This document shows positions 63,885-64,000 of a stretch of 64,000 nucleotides of DNA, piece by piece. The notes under the pieces were generated by a model that saw only the letters and a list, made by a program, of their open reading frames with translations, searched no databases and was not told the DNA's origin. Each line of letters begins with the position of its first letter. The first letter of the stretch is position 1. This stretch comes from an uncultured Spirochaetales bacterium. GTDB lineage: Bacteria; Spirochaetota; Spirochaetia; SPDA01; CAZSGZ01. The position numbers and the translations under genes were made by a program. The stretch lies in the NCBI GenBank assembly GCA_964440465.1, contig CAYTSI010000005.1, positions 151 through 64,150 of the forward strand, written 5' to 3'.

Positions 63885-64000
63885 AGCTGCCTCCTGGATA
63901 CTGTTGCTGAAAACAAGTATAGCAGAAGCATACGGGGGAGGCAAGGGAGTATCCGGCAAGGCAAACAGAAAACTGCAAAAAAGTAGTTAAATATTGTGTA

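Overview
This is a densely coding 64-kb chromosomal window at about 50% GC. It appears to come from an anaerobic bacterium, judging by a class III ribonucleotide reductase, ferredoxins and a corrinoid reductive activase. The lineage cannot be assigned from the sequence alone. No rRNA, tRNA, CRISPR array, integrase or prophage was recognised.

Gene content, left to right:
- A DeoR regulator sits divergent from a ~7-kb bacterial microcompartment (BMC) operon. The operon has 7 shell genes plus an acylating aldehyde dehydrogenase, a PduS/RnfC-like Fe-S flavoprotein, RpiB and DeoC.
- A retropepsin-like protein, an aldo-keto reductase with an Fe-S tail, and a coiled-coil protein.
- An SbcD/SbcC-like (Mre11/Rad50-like) pair.
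- A nitroreductase and a solitary IS200/RAYT-type HUH transposase gene.
- An mtlD-like gene and a pfkB-family kinase gene, divergently arranged.
- A 56-aa ferredoxin that is absent from the ORF track.
- A REC-PAS-GGDEF-EAL protein and a dGTPase-like HD protein.
- A corrinoid/methyl-transfer cluster: RACo-type activase, COG0523 GTPase, MtaA-like methyltransferase fused to thioredoxin-like domains, Hcy S-methyltransferase and CobT.
- metA and a DUF1846 gene.
- A VWA, histidine kinase and response regulator operon.
- A DUF89 gene and an S45 penicillin-acylase homologue.
- A lower-GC lipoprotein trio.
- An nrdR-nrdD-(glycyl-radical/Trx subunit)-nrdG operon with candidate NrdR boxes.
- A 1926-aa alpha-2-macroglobulin lipoprotein, ftsH and pbpC.
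- A BASS transporter, a TetR regulator, a non-Pyl MttB-family methyltransferase, a CBS-ACT protein, an EamA transporter and a YbaK-like protein.

Most notable observations:
1. The 10-mer GGGACAGAGC (extended RGGGACAGAGCTG) occurs at least 22 times exactly. It appears on both strands, in all six reading frames and in intergenic DNA, and it is clumped around the RAYT gene.
2. The BMC is of the sugar-phosphate/DERA type. Three of its enzymes carry encapsulation-peptide-like N-termini, and it has four pentamer paralogs and a PduS/PduT-like electron route.
3. The class III RNR has its glycyl-radical domain on a separate, translationally coupled subunit fused to a CxxC thioredoxin-fold domain.
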